Shown here: positions 32,023-42,478 of the stretch, in pieces | Layout of the letters: every line of letters starts with the position of its first letter | Numbering within the stretch: the first letter of the stretch is position 1 | Origin: an uncultured Actinomycetes bacterium | GTDB lineage: Bacteria > Actinomycetota > Acidimicrobiia > Spongiisociales > DATADW01 | Direction: 5' to 3' | NCBI GenBank assembly: GCA_963824995.1 | Contig: CAWGRK010000006.1 | Coordinates: 1 to 64,000, forward strand | Length of the DNA stretch: 64,000 nt | The notes under the pieces: model-generated | Told to the model about the DNA's origin: nothing | The model's input: the letters and a program-made list of their open reading frames with translations, nothing else | The model's database searches: none | Translations under genes and position numbers: made by a program

Positions 32023-34863
32023 GTGATGGTCGGGCTCGTCGTGGCCCTGATGTTCGTTGCGTGGGCCGGGCTGGCACTCGGGCAGAGCACCATCGACGGC
32101 CTCCTCTTTGCCCGCTTCGGTGTCGACCTGCTCCCTCTGCTCTATGTGCTGCTCGGCGTGCTGTCGGCTGTGGTCTCGCTGTTTGTCACCGGTCTCCTCC
32201 AGCGAACGCCGCCGAAGACACTCTTCCTGGCGATTCCGATGGTGCTTGCCGCCTTCTTGGTCCTCGGCCGGGTTGCGGTGTCGAGTGCGAGCGCGACGGT
32301 GTACGGGGCTCTGTGGCTTCTCGCCGGGATGGCGCTGCTCGTTCAGGGCTTCTATCTGTGGGGGGTCGCCGGACTGGTCACCGACACCCGTCAGGCGAAG
32401 CGGCTCTTCCCGTTGTTCGCCGCCGGCGGCATTGCCGGCGCCACCGTGGGCGGCTTGGTTACCGGCCCGCTCGCTGCCTGGCTCGGGGCGGAGAACCTCT
32501 TGCTGGTTTGGGCGGCCACGCTGGTTGCTGCCACTGCGCTGGCCCGGCGCATCCTCGCCGACTACTCCGCTCCGGTGGCTGCGATGCCGCGCCGACCATG
32601 GCAGCCCTTGAATTCCATCCGACAGGGATGGCACGTTCTATGGGCATCGACCATGTTGCGATGGCTCGCTGCGGCGGCGTTGCTCTTCTCGGTGCTCCTC
32701 TACTTCCTCTACCTCCCCTTCTCCCGGGCCGCCTCGGAGCGGTTCCCCGACGCCGACGGTCTGGCGGGATTCCTGGGGACGTTTACCGGGGTGGCTACCG
32801 GCGTCGCCCTCCTCGTGTCCGTCCTCGTGGCGAGGCGTCTGTTCGCTCGATGGGGCGCCTCCTCTGTGGTCGTCGGTTATGGAGTGGTGTACGTCGCCGG
32901 CTTCGCTCTGCTCATCATCGATGCCTCTTTCATTCCCCTGGCGGTGGTGCGGTTCGTCCAACTGGTGGCGATGCAGGGTCTGGCCAACAGTGCCTGGGAG
33001 ACGATGATCAACGTGACTCCACCCGAGAGGCGCGACCAGGCGCGGGCGTTCATCAATGGTCTGCCAGCCCAGGCCGGAACCGCGCTGGCGGGAGTCCTTC
33101 TCCTCGCAGGTGAGGAGAGCCTGGGACCGAGCGTTCTGTTCACCTTGGGCCTCTTACTGGCACTGCTGGCGACATTTGCCAGTTGGCGGGCGAAGCGGGG
33201 CTATCCAGGCGCGGTGGTCGAGACACTCCGGACCGGGCGCCCCCATGTGTTCGATGCCTCACCACTCTCTTTGGTGGACGCGGCTGCCATCGACGCGGTG
33301 ACCTCGGCGGTGACCGATCCCGATCCCAGAGTCCGCCGAGTGGGAGTGGAGATGCTGGGTGGGCTGCCCGGAGTCTCCCCGTCGCACGCCCTGCGGACCG
33401 CGCTGAGCGATTCCGATGCGGACGTGAGGGAGGCGGCCCTCCGCGCCATCGTGACCACCGGGGAGCTGCCACCTGACATCGCCGAGATGCTGGCCGATCC
33501 GGTGGCCGAGGTACGGCTCGCCGCGGTGGCTGCAGTCGGCGAGCTCGGCGGGGAAATCGGGGGTCTATCCCCGCTGCTCGTTGACCCCGACCCAAGGGTT
33601 CGGGCGCAGGCGGCGTCGTGGGTGAGTCGGGAAGATCCCGACGTGGTCTCATCGATCCTGGCCCCGATGAGCACCGATGAGGATGACCTAATGCGGGCCA
33701 TCGCGGTCGATGCCATGGTGCACGCCAAGAGTGTTGCGGCCTATCGGCTTGTAGCGGATCGGCACGACGACCCGAGCCCAAACGTGCGTGTGTCCGCAGC
33801 GCGCGCGCTCGCCTCGATCGACCCGGAGCGCTCGGTCATGACCCTTGTCGAGATGCTCGCCGACGGAGACCCCGATGTCCTCTCGGAGGTCGCGACTGCG
33901 ATAGGCCGGGTTGGTGTCACTGCATTGCCGGCCGTGGCCGATGCGCTCGACAGCGCCGAGACCGAGGCGGGGGCCCTGCTGGCACTCGGGGAGCTGCCTC
34001 ACGACCAGATCGCCGGCCGGATCCGCTGGTTCGCCGAGCGGCAGGTAGCCCAGTCGAAACAGGATGCCGGGCTCGCCGCCGCCATAGTCGCCAACGGGGA
34101 CGAGCGATGGATCCTCATTCGGGATTCACTCACGGGGCTCTACCTGAGGGAGGCCCGCCATGCCGTCCGCGCCGCGGTGTTGCTCGATGATGACTCCCCG
34201 TTGAGAGAAGCGCTGGACAACCTCAGCAGCGAGGACCCGGCTCAGCGCGCCGGTGCGATCGAGCTGATCGACTCGTCACACGAGGCCGTGCTGCTTCGCC
34301 CGCTCATTTCCGTGCTGGAGGGGACCGAGACCGGGGAAGGCCCGTTGCCGATTCCCAAGCTGCTGGGCCATCATGACCCTTGGATTCGAAGATGTGCCGA
34401 GTTCGCCACGAGCCCTGGAGATGAGATGGCACGGACCCTGGCCACACTCAGTTTGATGGAGCGAGTCCTGTTCCTGCGCAAGGTCCCGCTGTTCGCCCAT
34501 CTCGCCCCTCAGGATCTCGAGCGGATAGCCGAGGTGACAGAGGAACATGCCTACGGCGATGGAGACACCATCACCACCGAAGGTGACCCTGGCATCGAGA
34601 CGTACATCGTGGTTTCAGGTGCGGTGGTCGTAATCCGTAACGGCTCCGAGGTTGCCCGGCGCGGGGAAGGCGCCGTAGTCGGAGAGATTGCGATTATTGG
34701 GGACCAGCCTCGTACGGCGTCGCTCATCGCGGCCGGCGACGTCCGGTTGCTCAGCATCGGTCGCAGGCAGTTCACCGCCATCCTCAGGGAGCGTCCCGAG
34801 ACGGCGCTGGCGGTGATGCGTGTCTTGGTGCAGAGGCTCGCCGAGCGGGACAGGCTGGCTTGA
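32023..34863 (+). CDS. Npt/TLC-like (MFS) membrane domain + HEAT repeats + C-terminal cNMP-binding domain; true start probably slightly upstream
   Basis: About 12 TM segments with DTRQAKRLFPL; repeated DPDPRVR/DADVR/SPNVR HEAT units; ERVLFLRKVPLF, EGDPG, GEIAIIGDQPRTA phosphate-binding cassette. Confidence 0.85.
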   Translation: MMVGLVVALMFVAWAGLALGQSTIDGLLFARFGVDLLPLLYVLLGVLSAVVSLFVTGLLQRTPPKTLFLAIPMVLAAFLVLGRVAVSSASATVYGALWLLAGMALLVQGFYLWGVAGLVTDTRQAKRLFPLFAAGGIAGATVGGLVTGPLAAWLGAENLLLVWAATLVAATALARRILADYSAPVAAMPRRPWQPLNSIRQGWHVLWASTMLRWLAAAALLFSVLLYFLYLPFSRAASERFPDADGLAGFLGTFTGVATGVALLVSVLVARRLFARWGASSVVVGYGVVYVAGFALLIIDASFIPLAVVRFVQLVAMQGLANSAWETMINVTPPERRDQARAFINGLPAQAGTALAGVLLLAGEESLGPSVLFTLGLLLALLATFASWRAKRGYPGAVVETLRTGRPHVFDASPLSLVDAAAIDAVTSAVTDPDPRVRRVGVEMLGGLPGVSPSHALRTALSDSDADVREAALRAIVTTGELPPDIAEMLADPVAEVRLAAVAAVGELGGEIGGLSPLLVDPDPRVRAQAASWVSREDPDVVSSILAPMSTDEDDLMRAIAVDAMVHAKSVAAYRLVADRHDDPSPNVRVSAARALASIDPERSVMTLVEMLADGDPDVLSEVATAIGRVGVTALPAVADALDSAETEAGALLALGELPHDQIAGRIRWFAERQVAQSKQDAGLAAAIVANGDERWILIRDSLTGLYLREARHAVRAAVLLDDDSPLREALDNLSSEDPAQRAGAIELIDSSHEAVLLRPLISVLEGTETGEGPLPIPKLLGHHDPWIRRCAEFATSPGDEMARTLATLSLMERVLFLRKVPLFAHLAPQDLERIAEVTEEHAYGDGDTITTEGDPGIETYIVVSGAVVVIRNGSEVARRGEGAVVGEIAIIGDQPRTASLIAAGDVRLLSIGRRQFTAILRERPETALAVMRVLVQRLAERDRLA

Positions 34864-34895
34864 AAGTGGCGTCTTGATCAGGACCGGAGGGGGGG

Positions 34896-35478
34896 CTAGC
34901 CGTGCTTGCTCCTCTTGCGAGTTGGTTGGCGCAACCCGTCGGCGACGGCGTTGAGACGGGCGGGAGCAGGCTCTCCGGGAGCGGCCCGCTTGTTGGGAGC
35001 GAGGTCGGGCGGCCGCATCTCACGGGGAATCATCTCGCCATGCTTGGTGCCCTCGGCTACCAGATGCCGGGCGGGGACGGCTGGGACCCCAAGCGCCTGA
35101 GCGGCCGCAATCACCTGGCGACGCTTGCGTCCATAGGAGAAGGGCAGGGCCGAGAGCGACCACGGCGCCACGCTCCGCACGCATCCCGTGGGCGTGCAAC
35201 TCGATGCGACCCCAGACGGCCATCGCTCCGGCGACGAGATCGGCGGTGGTGAGCGATGCGGTCCGCGGTGGGGGGGTGTACCTCACGTAGAAGCCGCAGG
35301 TGCAGTGTCTGGCGGGCACCGGCTCGTCGTGGGAGGACGGTGCCAGGCACACCGCCGTGTGGGCGCCCTCGGTCCAGAGGTGCGGCGCCAGCACCGACCA
35401 AAGTCCGCCATCTCGGACCGCGAACTGACGGAAACCGATAACGGTCCCGATCAGATCGGGGGCGATGCCCTCGGTCAT
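34896..35478 (-). CDS. Conserved hypothetical protein with C...H..P...CxCGFY motif (frameshift ~35150)
   Basis: IGFRQF, AVC....HDEPVPARHCTCGFY, GAMAVWGRIELHAHGMRAE; continues ALPFSYGRK in the next frame. Confidence 0.65.
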
Positions 35479-35488
35479 GGGGAACGGT

Positions 35489-35665
35489 TCAGCGGGCCGG
35501 CTTGGCCGGCGGCGTCGCGGTCTTCTCGGGTTCGCCTGACGGCTCGGGGTCGCGCTCGATCTCTCGTTTCGGCACGGGCTCAGCCACCGGCTCGACGATG
35601 ATGGTGCGCGAGGGACCGTCCAGCGAGCCAACGAGTGGCTTGGGAGCCTGCTGACGGCGTTTCAT
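35489..35665 (-). CDS. Small Pro/Glu-rich protein (58 aa)
   Basis: GAGG before ATG; GPSRTIIVEPVAEPVP core with a low-complexity tail; 10 bp upstream of the CxC protein. Confidence 0.5.
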   Translation of the reverse strand: MKRRQQAPKPLVGSLDGPSRTIIVEPVAEPVPKREIERDPEPSGEPEKTATPPAKPAR

Positions 35666-35719
35666 CCTCAGCCGAGGATACGCCGTCTCAGGCAGTATCG
35701 GTTCGGTCAAATTGGTCAG

Positions 35720-36259
35720 TCAGAGCTTGCGGACCTGGTCGCCGCGGCGGACGACACCGGGTTCGACCACCGAGGCATTCATCCCGCGCAACCTGAGTGA
35801 CCTGCCTTCGGGAGAGTTGACGAAACGGAGCGCATCGAGCCCGAACCGGCCGCTGAACTTGGAGCAGCCGGTGTGGGGTAGGTCACTCACCTCGAGCACG
35901 GCCGCCCCTACGCCGAGCAAGGTGCCCGGCGGGAGGTTGTCGTCCCCGATGTCGAGATCGACGTACAACTGATCGCCGGCCAGGCTCCAGCGGTCGGGGG
36001 AGCGGGCCACCAACGCGGCCACCCTGGCGTTCATCACCGTCACCTGGGTCGGGCGACCGCCACCACGCTGGCGCCAGCTGTCACCGACGAGCCCCTGTTC
36101 GAGGTCGAGCACCCCCTCGTCGAGTTCCTCCCGGAGGTCAACTGCCGGGCGGCTGACGATCAACTCGAGAGTGCCGAAGTCGGAAGGCGCTTGGCGGATG
36201 TGGTCGAGCCCGGCGTCGAGTTCGGGACGGGCGAGATTCTCGGATGTCAGTTGCTCCAT
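35720..36259 (-). CDS. MOSC domain protein
   Basis: GLVGDSW, AGDQLYVDLD, LEVS..PHTGCSKF, LRGMNA.VV..G.V..GD. Confidence 0.88.
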   Translation of the reverse strand: MEQLTSENLARPELDAGLDHIRQAPSDFGTLELIVSRPAVDLREELDEGVLDLEQGLVGDSWRQRGGGRPTQVTVMNARVAALVARSPDRWSLAGDQLYVDLDIGDDNLPPGTLLGVGAAVLEVSDLPHTGCSKFSGRFGLDALRFVNSPEGRSLRLRGMNASVVEPGVVRRGDQVRKL

Positions 36260-36342
36260 CACATCAGTTTCGTCGCCCCGAGCGAGCTGCGTGCGCAATT
36301 GGCGTAGGGGAGGGTTCGGCATACCGGCGTAGCATCGAAGTC

Positions 36343-37528
36343 GTGAGTGCGCCGCGTAGGGTCTGGCCTCCTCCCGCTACCCGGCTCGATCATCTGCGTC
36401 TTGTGGGTGATCCGCCGGCGGACGACGTGGTGACCCGCATATTCGAGGCTCGCGGGCCAGCCGCCATCGACAAGCTGCAGAGCGGGCTGTTCCGCTATGA
36501 GGCGGCAGAGGATGCTCTTCCCGGGGAGGCGGCGAGCTTCATGGCCGAGCCGGTGGACACCCTGCAGCTCGAGATCGGGCACGGACAGGAGTTGTTCCAG
36601 GAGATGGGGCCCGAGGTCCTCCTCATCCTCGGCTGCTACTCGCTGCCCGCCGCCTACGCCGCCACCAAGGGTGCTCGAGTTCTCGCCCAGACCGGTTTCC
36701 TCACCGAGGACACCGACCGCCGGCTCGGCGAGACCTCGCAGATGGTGGTTGACGTGATGGCGACAGGTGGTCTCGAGCGGGGTGGCACGGGGATCTGGGC
36801 GGCGCGCAAGGTGAGGCTCATGCACGCCGCCATACGCCATCTGGTGTTGGCGCGCACGCGATGTCCGCTGGGAGACCGAGCGCGACGGCACTCCTATAAA
36901 CCAAGAGGACCTCGCTGCCACGCTGATGACCTTCTCCTACCTGGTGGTGACCGGCTTGCGCCGCCTCGGCTTCTGGGTGTCGAGCACCGCCGCCGAGGAG
37001 TACCTCGCCGCCTGGAAGGTGGTGGGAGGTCTCATGGGGGTCCTCCCCGAGCTGATCCCCGCCGATCTCGACGAGGCCGGCCAGCTAACAGAGACGATCG
37101 AGTCCCGACAAATCGCTCCTGGTGAAGTGGGGCGTGGGCTGACGACGGCGCTCCTGGCCGTACTCGACGCCAAGACGGCTCCGGGAGTGCCGGCGGCATT
37201 GATGCGGCGGATGCTCCCTCGCTCGGTGTGCGATGGGCTGGGTGTTCCGAGACACAAGGTGCGTGATGGTCTCGTGGTCGCGATGTGCGGCTTGGTGCGC
37301 TTGGTCGACCCGGTCTTCCAGCTCTTTGGCACCAGGACGGCCGCCTACCGGAGGTTCTCGATGGACCTCCTCGGTTACCTCATCGAGCGGGACAGGGGAG
37401 GCGAGCGCGCCGAATTCCGGCTTCCTACCGAACTCCACGACTTCTGGAAGAAACAGGGGGATCGGAACGCCCCCGGAGCGAGGATCGCAAATCGGGTGCT
37501 CGCCATCGGGGCGCCCGGACCGGCATGA
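36343..37528 (+). CDS. MpaB/Lcp (DUF2236-like) haem oxygenase family protein (frameshift ~36860)
   Basis: GDPPADDVV, SLPAAYA, RRLGETSQMV, KVRLMHAAIRH, then PINQEDL..TLMTFS, YLAAWKVVGGLMGV. Confidence 0.85.
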
Positions 37529-40500
37529 ACTCCGGTCAACCACAACCGGGGCCAGTCCGGGGTGAGGTCGTGGCGCTGCTCAGCAGGATGGCGTGCCGTA
37601 CATACGCCCTGCGGCCGGCCGATGGAACCGGACCGGTGGCGAGCACGGTGGAGGCAGTGACGCTGGTCGCCGATGTCAGCGGATACACAGCCATGTCCGA
37701 AGAGGTGTCGCGCCGCGAGGCAGGCGGCGCCGAGATCATCCTCGAAGGCGTCAACAGCTGTATGGAGCCCCTGGTCCGGGCGGTGCTCGTCCACGGGGGC
37801 GACGTCACCTCCTTCACCGGAGATGGCATCCAGGCGGTGTGGCCGAGCGAGGAGGACGCGCAAGGCGATGACGTGCTCCGGGCCGCCGCCGCGGCCCACC
37901 AGGCTCTGGCGCTGGTCGACGGGTTGGTCGTCCCGCCAGGGTTCGGGCTAAGGCTCCGAGTCGGAATCAGCACCGGGCCGGTCAGCTGTGCGGTGGTCGG
38001 CGGCGTCGCCGGGCACTGGCTGGCCGTCATTGGCGGCCCCGGAATGGCGACCGCCGACCGCTCTCAGAGTGAGGCACGTCCGGGGGAGGTCGTTGTATCG
38101 GCCGAAGCCGCCATGCTGGTCGACGGTGCCTTGGAGGGCTCGGCCATGTCATCTGGCGCTATCCGGCTTCGAGGCGCGCCCCGAGCAACCCGGCTCTCGG
38201 CCCCTGTCACCCGAACCCGATGTCCCATTCGAGAAGCTGCTGCCCCACAGCGTGATCACCCTGTTGGGATCGCGTACCGGGTCGAGAGGCGAGATCAGGT
38301 CGGCTTCGATGCTCTTCGCTCGACTTCCCGCCGGCCCCGAGGACCTCGAGGCTCTCCACGGCTCGGTTGCGGCGGTGCAGTTGACGGCGCAGCGGTTCGG
38401 CGGGGTGGTGGAGGACGTGGCGGTGGAGGAAAAGGGCGTGCTCGCCAGGGTGTGTTGGGGGCTGGCCATGCATGCCCACGATGACGACGCGGTGCGAGCT
38501 GTCTCCGCCGCTCAGGCCATCCATCAAGACCTCGACGAGAGACCCGGTGTGGGCGTTGCCAGCGGCCGTGTCATCCATGGGCTGATAGGGCCGCCGGAAC
38601 GGCGCACCTACACCGTTATCTCGAAGGTGACCAACCTGGCGGCGCGCCTCGCCGGCGCCGCCGGCCAGGGAGTGCTAGTCGACGGCACCACCCGGAGCCG
38701 GGCACGTCGCTCGATCTCGTTCGAGCCGGTCCCAACGATCCACCTCAAGGGGATCGAGGGTTCGATGACCTTCTACCGCCCCTTGGGGGCCAGGCAAGAG
38801 GAGCGGGAGTCAAGGTCCGGCCATGGTGGGACGGCTGGGTGAGAGGACGCTGCTGCGCGAGGCGGTGCGGCGCCTTGCCTCCGAGGGGGCGTCGGCTTCG
38901 GTGGCGATCGAGGCGGAGCCGGGAATGGGGAAATCGGTCTTGCTCAGGTCGGCCATTGCGGAGGCGGCTGGGTCCACTTTGTCGATCATCGAGATCACCG
39001 GCGACGCCCTCGAGGACACGGTGCCCTACCGAGCTGTCCGGCCGGCGCTGGAGAGACTCCTCGGGCGGGGTGAGGGTGCGCTCGATCGGGCACGCGGCAT
39101 CCTGGGCGACATCTCCGATCACGACGCCGATCTGCTGGGTGCCGTCATCGGGGGCGTCGGTGACGAGGGCAGTGCAATCAGCTTCGAGACCAGAGTGGAG
39201 GTCACCCGCCGCCTAACCGCACGCCTCATCGCCATTCTCACCGAAGGGCGCCCGGTGCTTGTTGGCATTGACGATGCTCAATGGGTCGATGGCGCTTCTT
39301 GGGAGCTCCTGTCGGAGCTGTGGAGAACCCTTCCCGCCGTGGTCATGGTGTTCGCCCATCGCCCCGTTGAGCGAGAGTGGCCGGAGGGGACGCACCACTT
39401 GACGCTGGCGCCGCTTGGCCGCGCCGACACCGCTGAGCTGATCGGGGACCGTCTCGACAGCGATGCGGCACCCGACGACCTGGTGGACGCGGTTTGGGGG
39501 CGCGCTGAGGGGCACCCGTTGTTCACGGAGGAGATCTTGCGATCGATGCGGGACCAGGCGGTGGTGACCGTGGCCGGTCCCGACCGCGACGTCTCCTTCG
39601 ACAAGAGCAGGTGGGAGGGCGGGGTGCTGCCCGAGTCCGTGGCTGCTTCTATCTCGTCGCGGCTGGAACGATTGGAACCCCATGCCCAGCGGGTGCTCAC
39701 TGTGGCCAGCGTGCTCGGCACAGTCTTCGAGCCACAAGTCGTGGCGGCCATCCATCCCGATGTGCCCGGCATCGACGAAGTTGAGGACTCGTTGGACACC
39801 GCCGTCGGGGCCAGACTGGTGCAGCGGGAGCCCGAGGGGACGGTCCGGTTCAGTCACGCCGTCATCGCCGAGGTCGCAGGGTCACGGCTGCCGGTGCCCG
39901 AAGAGCGCCTGCTTCATTCGGCAGCCGCCGAGGTCTTGTCTGCCCAAGGAGCCGAGCCGGCCCTGATCGCGCACCACCTGGTCGGAGCCGGAAAGCCGTT
40001 GGATGCACTCGATCCGCTGGAGGCGGCGGGGCGGCAGGCACTCGCCGCAGGGGCATACACCGATGCCAGCGAAGAGCTCGAAATGGCAATCGAGCTCGGG
40101 GCGGAGGCGGTCGCCGACGAGCGGCTCGCGGAGTGGCACCGGCTGCTGGCCGCTGCGGCTCGCCTTCACGGAGACGTGACACGAGCCCGCGCCGAGGCCG
40201 AGGAGGCCTCGGCACTTCTCGGGATGGCTGTGCCGAGTTCAGCGCGCCGGCAAGACAATCGGGCTGATGGGACAGGCAATCATCCAGACCGGCCACCGAC
40301 TGCTGCCTACCCGGCGGCTGAGCGGGCCGAAGGCGGCGAAGCGGGTTCAACAGGCCGAAGCCACCTATGACCTCTTGTTCACCGCCTTCTCCCAGGCCGA
40401 CACCATGGCGCTCTTCCACCATGGCGTCCGGGCCGCCAACCTTGCGGAGCGGGCGGCGCCATCCTCGGTGGAGGCTCGGGCACTGAGCTTCCTCATGTAT

Positions 40501-41495
40501 GGGGTCGGGCTGGCCGGCATGAGCGGCCTCTCGCGCCGCTACCACGAGAGGGCGCTGCGGATTGCTGACGAGGCGAGCTCGCCGCTGGCCCGGGCTGAGG
40601 TCCTGCTCAACCGCATGGTCTTCCTGGTCACCATCGGCGCCTGGTCGGAGACGTTCGAGATCGGGGCTGAGTCGAGGGCGGAATACGAGTCCATCGGCGA
40701 AGCACGTGGTGTCCGCAGCGTCATCGGGGTCGAGGCCTTTGCGGCGCGCCACCACTTGGAAGTGGAGCGGACAACGGTCCTGCTGCGTGAGCTCGGAGAG
40801 CGCGCCGTCCTTGCCGGTGACGACCTTCACGTTACCTGGACGGGCCTCGCCGAATCGGTGCTCGACGTGCTGAGGGGGGACTACGAGGCAGCGATGGCGA
40901 AGTGCGAGGACCTTGCAGGCCGCGCCGACCGGGTTGCCGAGGTTCCTTCCTTGCTGGAGCGTCTCGGGATACTCACCCTCGCATCATGGCGTGTGGGGAG
41001 GATCGACGCATCCGGCCGATACCTCGCCGAGGCGGCGGACCTGGTGGCGACATCTCCCCGCTTGCTGCCGTCCACGCCTACGACGGGTATTGGATGCTGG
41101 CCGAAACCGCCATGGCCATCTGGGAGGCAGGCGACACCGGGGCTCCGCTCCCGGCAGGGGGTGATGCGATTGCCGCCGCCGATGCTGTCATCCGGCCGCT
41201 CTTCGGCCAGGCGCGCACCACCCCGATCGCCCGGCCCATGGCACTCGTGGTGAAGGGCCATCAGGCGCGCCGCGCCGGGCACACCCGGAAGGCGCTCCGG
41301 CTTTGGAGCCAGGCGGTCGAGCTGGCTGGCGGTCTCGACATGCCGTACCCGCTGATGCGGGCCCACCTGGAGCGGGGTGGCCACGGGCCGGACGCAGACG
41401 ATGGGACGGCCGACCTGGATGCGTCGTTGCGGCTTGCCCGGTCCCACAAGGTCAGGTGGATCGAGGAGCGGGCTACCGAGGCCCTTCGAAGGTGA
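37525..41495 (+). CDS. sAC-like tandem class III cyclase + STAND ATPase + TPR (frameshifts ~38210, ~38820, ~40250, ~41070)
   Basis: C1 ADVSGYT, FTGDG, LRVGISTG; C2 EEKG, HDDDAVRAV, YTVISKVTNLAARL, IHLKG; AEPGMGKS, IDDAQWVD, EGHPLFTEE; TPR-like tail. ATGA overlap with the oxygenase. Confidence 0.82.
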
Positions 41496-42453
41496 CTTCC
41501 CGGGCGTGACCCCATAGACGGAACAGCTCGTAGAGGCTGACGTTCATCCAGGCGGCAGCCGCCCAGACGATCACGGCCTCGATGGGCAAATCCGACCAGG
41601 GCTCGATGAATACGCCGACCATCTGTGAGCTTCGGTAGTTCCACCATCCGTATGGCAGCGCCAGCGTCACCTCCCACAGCAGGGCAACGAGGAGAAGCGC
41701 CTGCAATGCGAAGAGGAAGGCGCGCAGGTTGACGAAGCGGAGGACCAACCGGAAGGTGGTGGCTGCTGGGATGGTGACCAGGAGCACGATGAACACCATG
41801 TATCCCGGGAAGCCCTCCTGATTGCCGTGGGGCCCGAGCTTCTTGTAGGCGATGGCGGCGGCGATGACCATCAACCCGAGGGCCAGGCTCTTGGGGTGGC
41901 CCATCTGCCGAAGAACTAGCCCGGCTGACACCTCGTCTCGGTACTCATCGGAGGACCGTGTCGCCGCCGGGTACCAAACCTCGGCGGACCAGATGTAGGC
42001 GAGGACGATGAAGGCGCACCCGCCTATGTAGAAGAGGAACTCCTCAACCGGCACGTTGAGGCCCCACCCGCTGACCGGGTCGAAGCCGGGGGCGTTGATG
42101 CCCACGGTCGCCGCAGGGTTAGGAAAGGTGAAGAAGGTCCGGGCGAGCAGCACGTCGAGCATCGTCCAGACACCGACGACCACGGCGAAGGTCAGCCAGA
42201 ACGCCCGCCAGGGTGGGTGCTTGCGGCGGTGCCGAGCGAACCACACGAGAAAGCCGGCGACTGGGAGCGCGAACAGGACCAGGCTGATGGTGTACCCGTA
42301 TGGGGTGATCGGCGCTCCGTCGAACACCGGATCGGGGGAGGGGCGAACAGTAAGGACGGCAACCGATGCCGCCACCACCAGCACCACGACCATCACCAAT
42401 AGGGCGCGGTACCCGGCGCGTGGCGACACCTCGTCGGGGGGTGAGGGCTCCAT
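41473..42453 (-). CDS. Membrane protein with two lycopene-cyclase-like (CrtYc/Yd-type) repeats
   Basis: About 7-8 TM segments; halves end in LD.....FFTFP....GI...VPVEEFLFY and WE......WWNY....G....LPIEAV. Confidence 0.6.
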   Translation of the reverse strand: MEPSPPDEVSPRAGYRALLVMVVVLVVAASVAVLTVRPSPDPVFDGAPITPYGYTISLVLFALPVAGFLVWFARHRRKHPPWRAFWLTFAVVVGVWTMLDVLLARTFFTFPNPAATVGINAPGFDPVSGWGLNVPVEEFLFYIGGCAFIVLAYIWSAEVWYPAATRSSDEYRDEVSAGLVLRQMGHPKSLALGLMVIAAAIAYKKLGPHGNQEGFPGYMVFIVLLVTIPAATTFRLVLRFVNLRAFLFALQALLLVALLWEVTLALPYGWWNYRSSQMVGVFIEPWSDLPIEAVIVWAAAAWMNVSLYELFRLWGHAREVTFEGPR

Positions 42454-42478
42454 GGGGCAGCCTAAGGCCGGCCGATGT

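Noticed and set aside
41473..42453. Carotenoid biosynthesis cluster
   Set aside because: No crtE/crtB/crtI in the window and the second repeat lacks the full PxEE motif.
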